64,000 bases of DNA. Origin: an uncultured Nitrososphaerota archaeon (GTDB taxonomy: Archaea > Thermoproteota > Nitrososphaeria > Nitrososphaerales > CADDZS01). The notes beneath the pieces are model-generated. The model ran no database searches and had not been told where the DNA came from. It saw nothing but the letters and a program-made list of their open reading frames with translations. The stretch lies in contig CAWCYI010000006.1 in the NCBI GenBank assembly GCA_963799845.1, forward strand, positions 1,536,001 through 1,600,000, in the 5' to 3' direction. A program made the position numbers and the translations under genes. Positions 50,794 through 60,182 of this stretch are shown here, piece by piece (position 1 is the first letter of the stretch; the number at the start of each line of letters is the position of its first letter).

Positions 50794-50994
50794 CTACGAC
50801 CATTGCCCATCTGACCGGCGACTGGTTAGCAGGGCTAAAAGGCAGAGATTCTTGTCACAATCCGGAAATTTGGCACGGAGTTGGTGGACGGAGTTGTCTG
50901 GCAGATCTGGACGATTGTCCTTTATCCAAGCTGCGAATTCCCAACTTTGAGAATTGTCTGCATAGCTTATATGGTCCTCTATAGGCCTTCTCAT
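50794..50994 (-). CDS. Small hypothetical protein
   Basis: 66-aa ORF filling the gap between repeat units. Confidence 0.35.
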   Translation of the reverse strand: MRRPIEDHISYADNSQSWEFAAWIKDNRPDLPDNSVHQLRAKFPDCDKNLCLLALLTSRRSDGQWS

Positions 50995-51008
50995 TGAAGG
51001 GAATCATA

Positions 51009-51527
51009 ATGACAGACATGGTAGTACTAGCGTTCGACGGAATAGATACAGCAGACACAGTAAGGAACAAGCTGATTGACCTAAACAATCAGTACCTGCT
51101 CAATCTGGGGCAGGTCGTAGAAGTCGTCCGAAAGGAGGACGGCCAGGTGAAAATCAAAGATGAGCATAGACTGACGAGTATAGGAGCGCTCGGTGGAGCC
51201 TTCTGGGGTCTCTTGGTCGGCCTGATCTTTCTGGTACCGGCAGCGGGCTTTGTTGTCGGCACGGTATCGGGAGCAATCGCGGGTCACTTTACCAAATACG
51301 GAATCAGCAAAGAGTACATGAACCAAATTAACGCAGCTATCCAGCCAGGACAGTCAGCGCTGTTCATCCTTGCAGATAACGTCAAAATGGACCGAGTCAT
51401 TCCGATGCTTACGGAATTCCACCCGAAAGTGCTCAGGACATCGCTGACGACGGACCAGGAAGCGAAATTGAGAGAGGCGTTTGGAGGAGCGGGTAGCGCA
51501 CCAATGAGTGTGCCTGCCACCGCCTAA
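51009..51527 (+). CDS. DUF1269 glycine-zipper membrane protein, copy A2
   Basis: Close paralog of 49309-49824. Confidence 0.85.
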   Translation: MTDMVVLAFDGIDTADTVRNKLIDLNNQYLLNLGQVVEVVRKEDGQVKIKDEHRLTSIGALGGAFWGLLVGLIFLVPAAGFVVGTVSGAIAGHFTKYGISKEYMNQINAAIQPGQSALFILADNVKMDRVIPMLTEFHPKVLRTSLTTDQEAKLREAFGGAGSAPMSVPATA

Positions 51528-51567
51528 ACTTGTTGCCTGGAAGAAAAAGAGAAGGGGAAAATCAAGC

Positions 51568-51861
51568 ATGGAATCTCCACAGAACGACGATCATCCACCA
51601 GAAGAACAAATGGTCACTGAGGAGGAAACGCTCGAAGGAGCGCTTCCCTTCGATGATTATGGAAAAGATACCGAACAGCTGAGAGGGCAGATCGAACGAC
51701 TCGAGAAGGAGTACGACGAAAGGGAAAAGGTGATCGATCGTATAATGGAGTACGGAACCGGTATCGAGAACGAGAAAGCTCTCAGAATGTACTCTACTCC
51801 CGCTTTGAAAAAATGGGAAGAGAGTCTAGAAAGTTATCGCGCGAGCAAGCTGAAGAAGTAA
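51568..51861 (+). CDS. Small acidic hypothetical protein, copy X2
   Basis: 'TLEGALPFDDYGKD..LRGQIERLEKEYD...IMEYGTGIE.EKALRMY...WEESLESYRAS.LKK'. Confidence 0.8.
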   Translation: MESPQNDDHPPEEQMVTEEETLEGALPFDDYGKDTEQLRGQIERLEKEYDEREKVIDRIMEYGTGIENEKALRMYSTPALKKWEESLESYRASKLKK

Positions 51862-51894
51862 ACTCAATCTTCTCTCAAACACAGTGAATGCAAA

Positions 51895-52665
51895 ATGGAA
51901 AGAATGTTAGTGGCCGTCTTCGACGACGAATCAAAGGCAGACGCGGCCGCACAGGCGCTAACTGACCTCGATGCCTCTGGCGATATTTCTGTCTACGCAG
52001 AGGCTGTTGTAAGTAAGAGAGCCGATGGCTCAGTTTCCATAGAACAATCAAGTAACGTATTTCCCGTCGGTACTGTTGGCGGGACTGCGATCGGCGCTCT
52101 CGTGGGTCTGCTCGGAGACGTTCCTGTCGTGGGCGCTGCTGGCGGGGCAATCGCCGGTAGCATGATCGACATGGATCGGGCTGGAGTGAACGCGGAATTT
52201 CTTAGCGAAGTTTCCGGAAAGTTAACTCCGGGAAAGTGGGCTCTGGTCTCGGATCTCAGTGAGGAAGTCACTACTCCGGTGGATAGCCAGATGAAAGCTC
52301 TCGGTGGCCACGTGTTCCGCGAAGACTGGCAAAACGTGGAGGATGAACAGGACGCGAAGGAAGAAGCGGCTCTTCAAGCCGACATCAAGCTACTCAACAA
52401 AGAAGAGAAGGAAGAGTCGCGGGCAGAGAAAAAGGCCGAGCTTCACGCGAAAGCCGAAGCATTGCATGACAAGCTCCACAACAAATTAGAGCAATCGAAG
52501 ATAAGGTCCGAAGAACGGAAGAAGGAAGTGGAAGCTGAAAATCAAGTACCTGCAACAGAAACTTGCAAATGCACGGGGTAACGCAAAGACCGCGATCGAA
52601 TCCAGGGTTAAAGATCTTCGAAAGAAGCTGAGCCGGCGCAAAAAGTCGAGGTCCAGACCGCTTGA
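51895..52665 (+). CDS. DUF1269-like protein with C-terminal coiled coil, copy B1 (frameshifted near 52545)
   Basis: 'MLVAVFDDE', glycine zipper 'GTAIGALVGLLG', E/K-rich tail. Confidence 0.75.
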
Positions 52666-52679
52666 GGGGAGAGAAAGGT

Positions 52680-53024
52680 TTGCCCCAACTTGTGGCGTTG
52701 GCTTTTCCGGTCCTCTCCGGAAACGAGGGAAAGGCACGGGACTTTGTGAGTGCGGTCAAAGACAGGCGGAAAGAATTCGAGAAGAGCTCCAGAAACCGGA
52801 AAGTGAAAAGGGAAGCGTGGTTCATCCAGCAGCTCCCCGGGAGCAGCACGCTGATTTCGTTCATCGAAGCAGACGACGTGGAAAAAGCGATCTCCGACTT
52901 TGCCCGCTCGACCGACCCCTTCGATGTCTGGCTGAAAGTCCAGGCAAAAGCGATCACAGGAATGGACCTTGGTCAGCCGCCGAAGGATCCAATTCCAGAG
53001 ACTCTGCTCTCGTACGGATTTTAG
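52680..53024 (+). CDS. Small alpha/beta (dimeric barrel-like) hypothetical protein
   Basis: 'REAWFIQ...ISFIEADD...STDPFDVW...ITGMD'. Confidence 0.7.
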   Translation: MPQLVALAFPVLSGNEGKARDFVSAVKDRRKEFEKSSRNRKVKREAWFIQQLPGSSTLISFIEADDVEKAISDFARSTDPFDVWLKVQAKAITGMDLGQPPKDPIPETLLSYGF

Positions 53025-53045
53025 AAAGTAAGTACAATTCAATTC

Positions 53046-53098
53046 AGTGGGAAGATAGTCTGGAAAGTTACCGGAAAGCGCAGCTCGCAAAGAAGTAG
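53046..53098 (+). pseudogene. 3' remnant of a third X-protein copy
   Basis: 'QWEDSLESYRKAQLAKK*' matches the X1/X2 C-termini. Confidence 0.75.
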
Positions 53099-53129
53099 GT
53101 ATCGACAACACAGGAGTTGAAAAAGAAAG

Positions 53130-53921
53130 ATGCAAAAAATGTTAGTTGTAGTCTTCGATGATGAGACAAAAGCCTACCAAGGATCTAGTGCACTAAAAGA
53201 CCTTGATAGCGACGGTAGCATATCCGTGCACGCGCTCGCGGTCGCAAAGAAAAATCCTGATGGGTCGCTCACGACAAAAGATATCGACGACGATTATCCA
53301 ATTACAACCCTGGAAGGAACTGCCATAGGCGCTCTGATTGGTGTGTTAGGAGGACCTGTAGGGCTCGCACTCGGAGCATCGAGCGGCTTATTGGCTGGGT
53401 CAATTCTCGATCTCGACAGAGCAGATGTAAACGCGGACTATGTCGACCAGGTGACAACAAAGCTCGACTCCCGGCAGGTGGGCTGTGGTTGCAGACATCA
53501 GCGAAGAGTGGGAAACTCTAGTCGATACAAAGATGTCGGCGCTTGGTGGAACCGTCTTTAGAGCAAATCGCGTTTCCGTTGAGGATGAAAAGGATGCAAG
53601 GGAGCAAGCCGCTACGAAAGCTGAAATTGCTCATCTGAAGGAAGAGCAGTCCACAGCTGAGGCAAGAAGACAAGGCAAAGATCCAAAAGAAAATCGACAC
53701 GTTGAACGCAAAGCTGCAATCAAAGCAGCAGCAAGCTGAAGCAACGATCAGATCAGCGAAAGATAGAGGCGGAAGCAAAACTCCACGCCTTGGAAGAGAA
53801 GTCAAAGAAATCTTCAGGCGAAAACAAGGCGAAAATCGAGGCTAGAATAGCCTCCTTGTGCGAGTGGCTCAATCAACCTGTGGGGGGCCACGCGCAGACG
53901 CAACAAGTTCAATCCGCGTGA
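53130..53921 (+). CDS. DUF1269-like protein with coiled coil, copy B2 (several frameshifts)
   Basis: 'MLVVVFDDE', 'GTAIGALIGVLGGPVG', continuing in 53485-53739 and on to TGA 53919-53921. Confidence 0.75.
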
Positions 53922-54092
53922 GAAAAAAAGGAAATAAGTACGGACACAGCAGTCTTCAAAAGAGGGAGAAATGGGGACATGCTCAGTAACGTGAGCGACA
54001 CGTAGTCCCCTTTACAACTGTTCTTGGATTGCTGTTGTTGTTCGTCTTCTTTTTTTTACATTTCTTCCAGAATGAAAGCTAGTTGATCAATA

Positions 54093-54797
54093 TTGTCAGA
54101 TAACTTTCCAGTCTACCGCCAGCACGGTACCATTCTGTTTGTCATAATGTCAGCAATCCTCGCTCTCGTGCTGGTTTACCTATTTCTCGGAGTCACTGAA
54201 TCCGCCTTTGAGGCAATCGGATTCACTAGGGCCGAATTCGCTCTGATACTGATTGCGACTTTCCTCGGGAGTGCCGTCAACATCCCTATCACACGGGTAT
54301 CGGGCAATGAACCGGTGATAGGATATCGTGAAGTCAAGTACTATGGTCTGACCTACCGAGTACCGGTCGTAGCGCGACAGAGAGTCTCAACATTGGTTTG
54401 CATAAATGTTGGTGGCGCAATTGTTCCGATATGCGTCTCGATTTATCTCTTGATCACTCATGCTTCTATTGTACTTGATTGTTTCGTAGGCGTAATTGTT
54501 ACCTCTGTTTTTGTCCACCTCATGGCGAAAAAAGTTCCAGGAGAAGGAATAGAAACTCCTGCCTTACTACCACCGTTGGTAGCTGCCATAATTTCGATCT
54601 TGATACAGCCTGGCGCAGGAGTAGCGATGATCGCATACGTTTCAGGTTCAATGGGTGCGCTCATTGGAGCTGATCTGACCAACCTGAAAGGGATTACGGA
54701 TCTCGGGGCGCCGGTAGCGAGCATCGGCGGGGCGGGCACTATGGATGGTGTCTTTCTGACAGGAATACTTGCAGTCATTCTGGTTTCGATCTTCTGA
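54093..54797 (+). CDS. DUF1614 family membrane protein
   Basis: 'GSAVNIP', 'INVGGAIVP', 'GALIGADL', 'SIGGAGTMDGVFLTG'. Confidence 0.9.
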   Translation: MSDNFPVYRQHGTILFVIMSAILALVLVYLFLGVTESAFEAIGFTRAEFALILIATFLGSAVNIPITRVSGNEPVIGYREVKYYGLTYRVPVVARQRVSTLVCINVGGAIVPICVSIYLLITHASIVLDCFVGVIVTSVFVHLMAKKVPGEGIETPALLPPLVAAIISILIQPGAGVAMIAYVSGSMGALIGADLTNLKGITDLGAPVASIGGAGTMDGVFLTGILAVILVSIF

Positions 54798-55372
54798 TCA
54801 GTAACATCGAACTATCGGGACGATGCTTGCTTGGGCCCTGTTTCAATTTCACATTCCAAATTCACAACCAGAGTGGACTCCCAAGAGAAATGAGTCGAGT
54901 GCAGATCAAATTGTATTAGAGCACGGTCGAAGAAAATTTTGCCCTGCGAAATGGTGGAAGATTATGCATTGTACTGCCCAGCGATGATGAAAGCGGTGTT
55001 AGTGGTATGATGATCTTCCCGATGGACGCAGGCGAGACACGAAAAATTATGATGAGGATCCGTCAGTGAAGGCGGGAATCTATGCGTGTGATATTCATTT
55101 GTGCTTGGTTTCCCCGGAGATAGTCTTGCCAAATGATCAATCCTATGAACATGAATGCTGAATTCGATTTGAAACTCGTTCATATGTGAAATCATTCATG
55201 TTCAAAAATAACCCAACTCTTCTTCGATTTCTAACAAGCCGATCCGAACACTTTTGACTTCAAACTCAACTTGGATCTGTTATTAGATTAGATTACTTCT
55301 ATCAAAAAGTGTAGGATGCCTTGTTAGATTCGAACCCACTTGGAGACTCGATTGTTTTTACTAGTAAATTGG

Positions 55373-55404
55373 TGCGAGGGTCCCACATTTCGCACTCGGG
55401 ATTT
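55373..55404. repeat. 32-bp inverted repeat, left copy
   Basis: TGCGAGGGTCCCACATTTCGCACTCGGGATTT; reverse complement matches 57476-57507 at 31/32. Confidence 0.9.
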
Positions 55405-55693
55405 ACTAGTAAAATCATCTCCAAATTTCTGGAATGCTTCCAAGTGAAAAATTTCAAATGAATGAATTGATCAAGCGTGGATATTTGTGAGTCCATACTT
55501 CTCGTTTACGAGATGGGGATAGCTGAAATATATTGCCTCTGGTTTGAGCGTGAGTATCTACTTATTTGAGATATCTCGTTACAAAGGAAAGGATTCCTTG
55601 TCGGAAGGATATTCACAGAAATGAAAAAATACTTGATTTCTATAGAATAGACGCGGTAAGATTGTAATAGATCTTGATGAACCTGAGCGAAGT

Positions 55694-56047
55694 ATGACCG
55701 TAGAATTGACGCTTAGCGAGAAAAGACTTGAACTGAAAGTCGAGTCTGAATTTCTATGTCCGCTTTGCAAGTCTCTTCTATATTTTGGAATTCAGAATCA
55801 ATTAGAAATCTGTCCGAACAGTACCTGTAGCAACAACCCAAAGGACTATCGATTCGCCGACAAATCGAAAGGAGATCTACGGCAATTCGAGAACGAATCA
55901 GAAGGTCAATTTCAGAATCTCCTTCGGAGAATTGAAGCCCTTGACAGGCATATCTTAACGGAATATGTCTATGACAAACGAAAGGCATTGATTAATGCAT
56001 ACTTTGATCCCAGAGAGGACTCTACGATCTGGAACTCTTTTTCTTAG
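55694..56047 (+). CDS. Zinc-finger hypothetical protein, possibly truncated
   Basis: CPLC...CPNSTC; collides with convergent ORF 56022-56540. Confidence 0.5.
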   Translation: MTVELTLSEKRLELKVESEFLCPLCKSLLYFGIQNQLEICPNSTCSNNPKDYRFADKSKGDLRQFENESEGQFQNLLRRIEALDRHILTEYVYDKRKALINAYFDPREDSTIWNSFS

Positions 56048-56540
56048 TGGACCTTAATTCTTGTTGGTTCTTTCTTGGAATAGTACTGGAAGTTCCGCTC
56101 CACCTATCGTACATGTAGCCAATAACTATTCCAAGAGCGAGGAACCTTGGCACGTTTATTCCTGCGCCGATCAAAAGGTAGACAGAGGAATTTCTGAGAT
56201 TAAGAAGAGCCGTAAAGGTTTCGATGATGAGTAAGGCAACAAAGCTGAGGATCACGGATTTTAGAATTGGATTCTTTGTTGGGATCTTTTCAAAAAAACG
56301 AAGCAAGAAATAGCCGACGCAAAATCCGATAACCAGACCACCGAGCAAAGATTCAGCGAGAACCATTGGAAGATAGGAAATTGAAAGAGCAGCTCTATAC
56401 TTGGCGGCGATGGGAGTCAGGGAAATTAGAAAGTTAGTCACCCAGAATGCTACTCCTCCGGCGACAGCCAGTCCTAGCGCCCTCTTGTAGAATGGAGTTC
56501 GGCTTTCTTGCTTAGTGGCAGTCATTTCATTTCCGGTCAT
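56022..56540 (-). CDS. Four-TM membrane protein
   Basis: Hydrophobic helices; coupled to the upstream DUF4386 gene. Confidence 0.75.
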   Translation of the reverse strand: MTGNEMTATKQESRTPFYKRALGLAVAGGVAFWVTNFLISLTPIAAKYRAALSISYLPMVLAESLLGGLVIGFCVGYFLLRFFEKIPTKNPILKSVILSFVALLIIETFTALLNLRNSSVYLLIGAGINVPRFLALGIVIGYMYDRWSGTSSTIPRKNQQELRSTKKKSSRS

Positions 56541-57280
56541 CGGCTATCACCAACCAAAAGTGGTTTCTGATCCTTTACAGCCATAATCAAGAGCCACAAA
56601 CTGAGTGATACTTCCGCGATGAAGCTAGCCGCGAGACCCGGATAACTCAGAATTCCGTAGCTGGGCAAAAAGAAGAACTGGAAAAACCAGCTAAGAATGC
56701 CAAAAAAGTCAATGATCAGGAGTATGCCCAAAATTCTAGGGACCAAGCGCGACTTGTATAGCAAATAACCAAGAGGAAGTACCCAAGTGCCATAAAATAT
56801 CTGGGCGATCATAATCCCATTTGAGTATGAATTGAGGAATGACATTGCCAGGGCTTGCAGTTGGTCTGGCTGGAATACTTTCAAGTAATCAGCGCCAGTC
56901 AAAAGTGTCAGTGGAGCAAATAGATTTAGCATATTGACACTCTCTATGATGACACCGCCCAAGTTCAGTAACAGGAAGAGTAGAGCGAAGTTTCTGTTAA
57001 CCGGTCTTAACAACACGTACAAAGCCCAAGCTGCTAGAAAGAAGAACACGGCAGAGATCAGCTCGCTCATAAAACCGATCCGGAATAGCGCCTGAGAGGA
57101 CACAATATTATTGGCTGTGGCTGCGGCATCTCCGGATATAATTATTGTTGAGCGAATATAGGATGCAAAGGCAAATGTCAATATGAAAATGAGATAAAAA
57201 AGCCCTGCCATTCTTGCGATCCTCCGTGGCGATGGATCTGCAATCTCACCCGGAGTTTTAGCTTGAGAGAGCGATGTCAT
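56537..57280 (-). CDS. DUF4386 family membrane protein
   Basis: 'ARMAGLFYL', 'GDAAATANNI', 'ALYVLLRPVN', 'LGYLLYKS...PRILG', 'EVSLSLWLL'. Confidence 0.88.
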   Translation of the reverse strand: MTSLSQAKTPGEIADPSPRRIARMAGLFYLIFILTFAFASYIRSTIIISGDAAATANNIVSSQALFRIGFMSELISAVFFFLAAWALYVLLRPVNRNFALLFLLLNLGGVIIESVNMLNLFAPLTLLTGADYLKVFQPDQLQALAMSFLNSYSNGIMIAQIFYGTWVLPLGYLLYKSRLVPRILGILLIIDFFGILSWFFQFFFLPSYGILSYPGLAASFIAEVSLSLWLLIMAVKDQKPLLVGDSR

Positions 57281-57475
57281 TCCTTATTTTACGTCCTACG
57301 TGGAGAAAAGACATGCGTCAGCCCGTTATAAGATTGGATTACGATTACCAGTATTGATAATCTTCTACCCCGTTGAATCGCTACTTCCTCATTTTTCGGA
57401 AAGGCAGATTCAATTGATTCTCAATTTCAAGTCATTCTGCCTTTCTTACTGATTTGTTAAGTCTCGGCCTCGCTG

Positions 57476-57507
57476 AAATCCCGAGTGCGAAATGTGGGAC
57501 CCCCGCA
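57476..57507. repeat. 32-bp inverted repeat, right copy
   Basis: AAATCCCGAGTGCGAAATGTGGGACCCCCGCA. Confidence 0.9.
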
Positions 57508-57771
57508 AACAGAGACATGGCCCTAACCAGCAGAGTTAGTCTAAAACACGGAATCTCCAAATTCAGGCAATTTTCCGACAGCAAACAGCCCTAAGCCGAT
57601 TTAGGTTGTAATTTTTCCATTATTTCATCGCTGGGAGAGATAAATTTGTCCATCCTACCAGGCTCCGCGGACTTAAAGCGGATGTGGATTTGAGCACGAA
57701 TTTACTATGTGGTGTGTGCTCCTTGGACCGATCGACTGTCTGCGGCTGAATCGAACTGACTGCATCATAGC

Positions 57772-58545
57772 TTAGCTTACTACTTTCCTGAACTGGTAGA
57801 GGGTTACGACAAACGTAGCGACGGCTATGATCGCCGTCAAAACATAGCCCTCGACCAGCGTGTTGAAATTTAGTCCACCAGAGACGAGCTCTCGTATTAC
57901 ATTCGAGATGTAGGTGACCGGGTTGTAATTGGAAAAGGTCTGTGCCCATCCGGGGAGAAATGAAACTGGAAACATTGCTGTGCTGAGGAAGATTAATGGC
58001 AGGTATAGAAAACCAGAAATTGCTGAGAGCGTCTCCGTCTTCTTGGTGGCAATGCCTATCGCTAGGAAGAGACCAGAAAAGGCCATCTCGAAAAATGCAA
58101 CGGTCAACAAAATCAACATCACTCCGGGTAAGCCGGATGAAATGGTCACGCCCATCACGATTGCGGCAACGATCGTGATGATGGTCTCCGCCACCACAAG
58201 CGAAATATCGGTCAACAACCTGCCCAACAGGATTGCTGATCTTGACGACTGGGTCAGTAAGGTCTTCGAGAGAAATCCAGAGTTTATGTCGTTCACAATC
58301 GAGACACCGCTCTGGGGGGAAGTTATTAGAGCACAAAAGACCAGAATTCCAGGTGTAAGATAAGCGATATAGCCCCCCGTGTGACTGGGTAAGAAAAGAG
58401 CCAGCTTTGTGAACATCTGAGAAAAGAGCACTAGGAAGGCAATAGGCTCTACTAGGTACGTAACGAGTAGAGTTGGATTCCTGCCCATTTTTATCAGGCC
58501 TCTCTGGAATAGAGATTCTGTGTCGTAGAGTAGTGTCAAACCCAA
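57772..58545 (-). CDS. ABC-2 permease (DrrB-like)
   Basis: 'YIAYLTPGI', 'FLSTAMFP...LPGW...NPVTY'. Confidence 0.9.
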   Translation of the reverse strand: MGLTLLYDTESLFQRGLIKMGRNPTLLVTYLVEPIAFLVLFSQMFTKLALFLPSHTGGYIAYLTPGILVFCALITSPQSGVSIVNDINSGFLSKTLLTQSSRSAILLGRLLTDISLVVAETIITIVAAIVMGVTISSGLPGVMLILLTVAFFEMAFSGLFLAIGIATKKTETLSAISGFLYLPLIFLSTAMFPVSFLPGWAQTFSNYNPVTYISNVIRELVSGGLNFNTLVEGYVLTAIIAVATFVVTLYQFRKVVS

Positions 58546-58549
58546 CTCC

Positions 58550-59542
58550 TCACATCAGGAACGGTTCGGTCTCCTTTCTTTTCAGCTCCTCTGACCTTAT
58601 TCGTCGACCGGTGTGCTTCAAGAACACGTCGTCCAAGGTTGGCGAAGAAATGCTGAGAAACGAAGGGTGGATACCGTTCCTGTCAAGCGTCGTGACGACA
58701 TCGATGACCTTCTCACCCCCGTTTTCGGCGCAAACCATGACTCCGTCATTCGAGTCGAGGACGTCCGAGATTCCCTTGACTGTCTTGAGGATCTCCTTTG
58801 TCTTCGCTCTGACGGAAGGGTCGAGCGTCAATGCGATTGTATCACCACCCATGGCCTCTTTGAGTTCTAAAGGGCTGCCGTTTGCAATCAATTTACCATG
58901 ATCTATAATCGAGAGCTGGCGGCAGAGCCGATCGGCCTCCTCGAGGTATTGGGTCGTAAGGAAAATCGTTTTCCCCTCTTTTCTGTTCAAATCTTCGAGA
59001 TATTCCCAGATTGCCGTCCGAGATTGAGCGTCGAGCCCCGTGGTCGGCTCGTCAAGGAAGAGAAGCCTTGGATTGTGAATCAGAGCGGACGCGAGGTCAA
59101 GCCTCTTCCTCATTCCACCCGAATAGCGGCCCGCCGGCTTGTTTGCAACCTCTTGCAGCTGCACCAGCTTCAGTAATTCTTCGATTCTGTCTGTAAGAGC
59201 TTGGCCGTGAAGCTGCTGCAAACGGCCTTGGAGGCGAAGGTTCTCCCAACCTGTCAGGTCGACGTCGGCGCTTGTCTCTTGTGTAAGGACTCCTATGGAC
59301 TTTCGGATCTCCTTGGGCGACTTGTCAATGTCGAAGCCCGCGACCATGACGCGCCCTGAAGTCTTTCTAAGCAGTGTAGTGAGAGTCTTGATGGTCGTGC
59401 TTTTTCCGGCTCCATTTGGACCCAAGAATCCGAAGAACTCGCCCCCCTTAACTGAGAACGAAATGTCCTCGACCGCGCGCGTCCCGTCTTCGTAGACAAC
59501 CACGAGGTGATCTACGGAGATGATCTCTTGCATATTTTTCAT
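58550..59542 (-). CDS. ABC ATP-binding protein (DrrA-like)
   Basis: GPNGAGKST, YSGGMRKRLDLA, LFLDEPTTGLD, PTLDDVFLKHTGR. Confidence 0.95.
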   Translation of the reverse strand: MKNMQEIISVDHLVVVYEDGTRAVEDISFSVKGGEFFGFLGPNGAGKSTTIKTLTTLLRKTSGRVMVAGFDIDKSPKEIRKSIGVLTQETSADVDLTGWENLRLQGRLQQLHGQALTDRIEELLKLVQLQEVANKPAGRYSGGMRKRLDLASALIHNPRLLFLDEPTTGLDAQSRTAIWEYLEDLNRKEGKTIFLTTQYLEEADRLCRQLSIIDHGKLIANGSPLELKEAMGGDTIALTLDPSVRAKTKEILKTVKGISDVLDSNDGVMVCAENGGEKVIDVVTTLDRNGIHPSFLSISSPTLDDVFLKHTGRRIRSEELKRKETEPFLM

Positions 59543-59752
59543 TCCCTAAGTTCGGGTGAGATTCATCATTGCAGGGCGCTATGCTCACTTCATCTAAAGG
59601 CGTATAAAAAACGGCCACACATTTCTCAATCCTGAGAATTGAGAAATAAAGAGAAAATTCCTCATCTGGCAACGAATGAATGTTAGGAGAAAGAGTTTAG
59701 CCTGACTGACTTGGAAATAAACCCCTATTCTTGGATTCGATTTGCTTTGAGA

Positions 59753-59872
59753 ATGATGCTTGCCACTTGCGAAAGATGCAATAAGCCAATTTTTGACGAT
59801 GAACATTACACAAGTCTTCCCGGGCATCCGCCTAGAGGCATTCATAAAGAATGCCCGAAAACCGCTTTCTAA
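59753..59872 (+). CDS. Putative 39-aa zinc-binding microprotein
   Basis: MMLATCERCNKPI...GIHKECPKTAF (CxxC...HxxC). Confidence 0.45.
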   Translation: MMLATCERCNKPIFDDEHYTSLPGHPPRGIHKECPKTAF

Positions 59873-60182
59873 CCAAGTTAATCCCTGACTGGAAATAATA
59901 ATTGACGGAAAAAAACAGGGAGAAGTAACTGGCGATATCGACACAGAACCGCGTAGGATTCGAATCTAAGCTACTGACATGTAGAATTTTGATAACTCAG
60001 ATGATTAGTGCAGGGAGAAATTTACTGGAGGAAGAATTTCTGATATCAAAATTGATAGATGTGTGGATATGGAGATGACTCTTAACCCCCAAAGTGCAGT
60101 GAATCCCATCCCCTCCACACCGTTCTCCGGTTCTGAAGGGGAGCGCTTAAATGAGTGCTGAGCCTTCCATTTGATGTAATCT

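Noticed and set aside
49309-51861. DUF1269/X duplication as an assembly artefact
   Set aside because: The copies differ at many nucleotide and amino-acid positions while keeping frame, consistent with real paralogs
55321-55345. tRNA gene from a TTCGAACCC T-loop-like motif
   Set aside because: No cloverleaf can be built; at most a decayed fragment
7100-59499. Numerous antisense or overlapping ORFs in the six-frame track (e.g. 7100-7585, 9551-10138, 24263-24808, 52394-52957, 57620-58336)
   Set aside because: Shadows of well-supported genes on the other strand or frame, with no motifs
59945-59980. tRNA/att site upstream of the integrase (GGATTCGAATC)
   Set aside because: The T-stem pairs poorly and no acceptor or anticodon arms are present; no second att copy in the window
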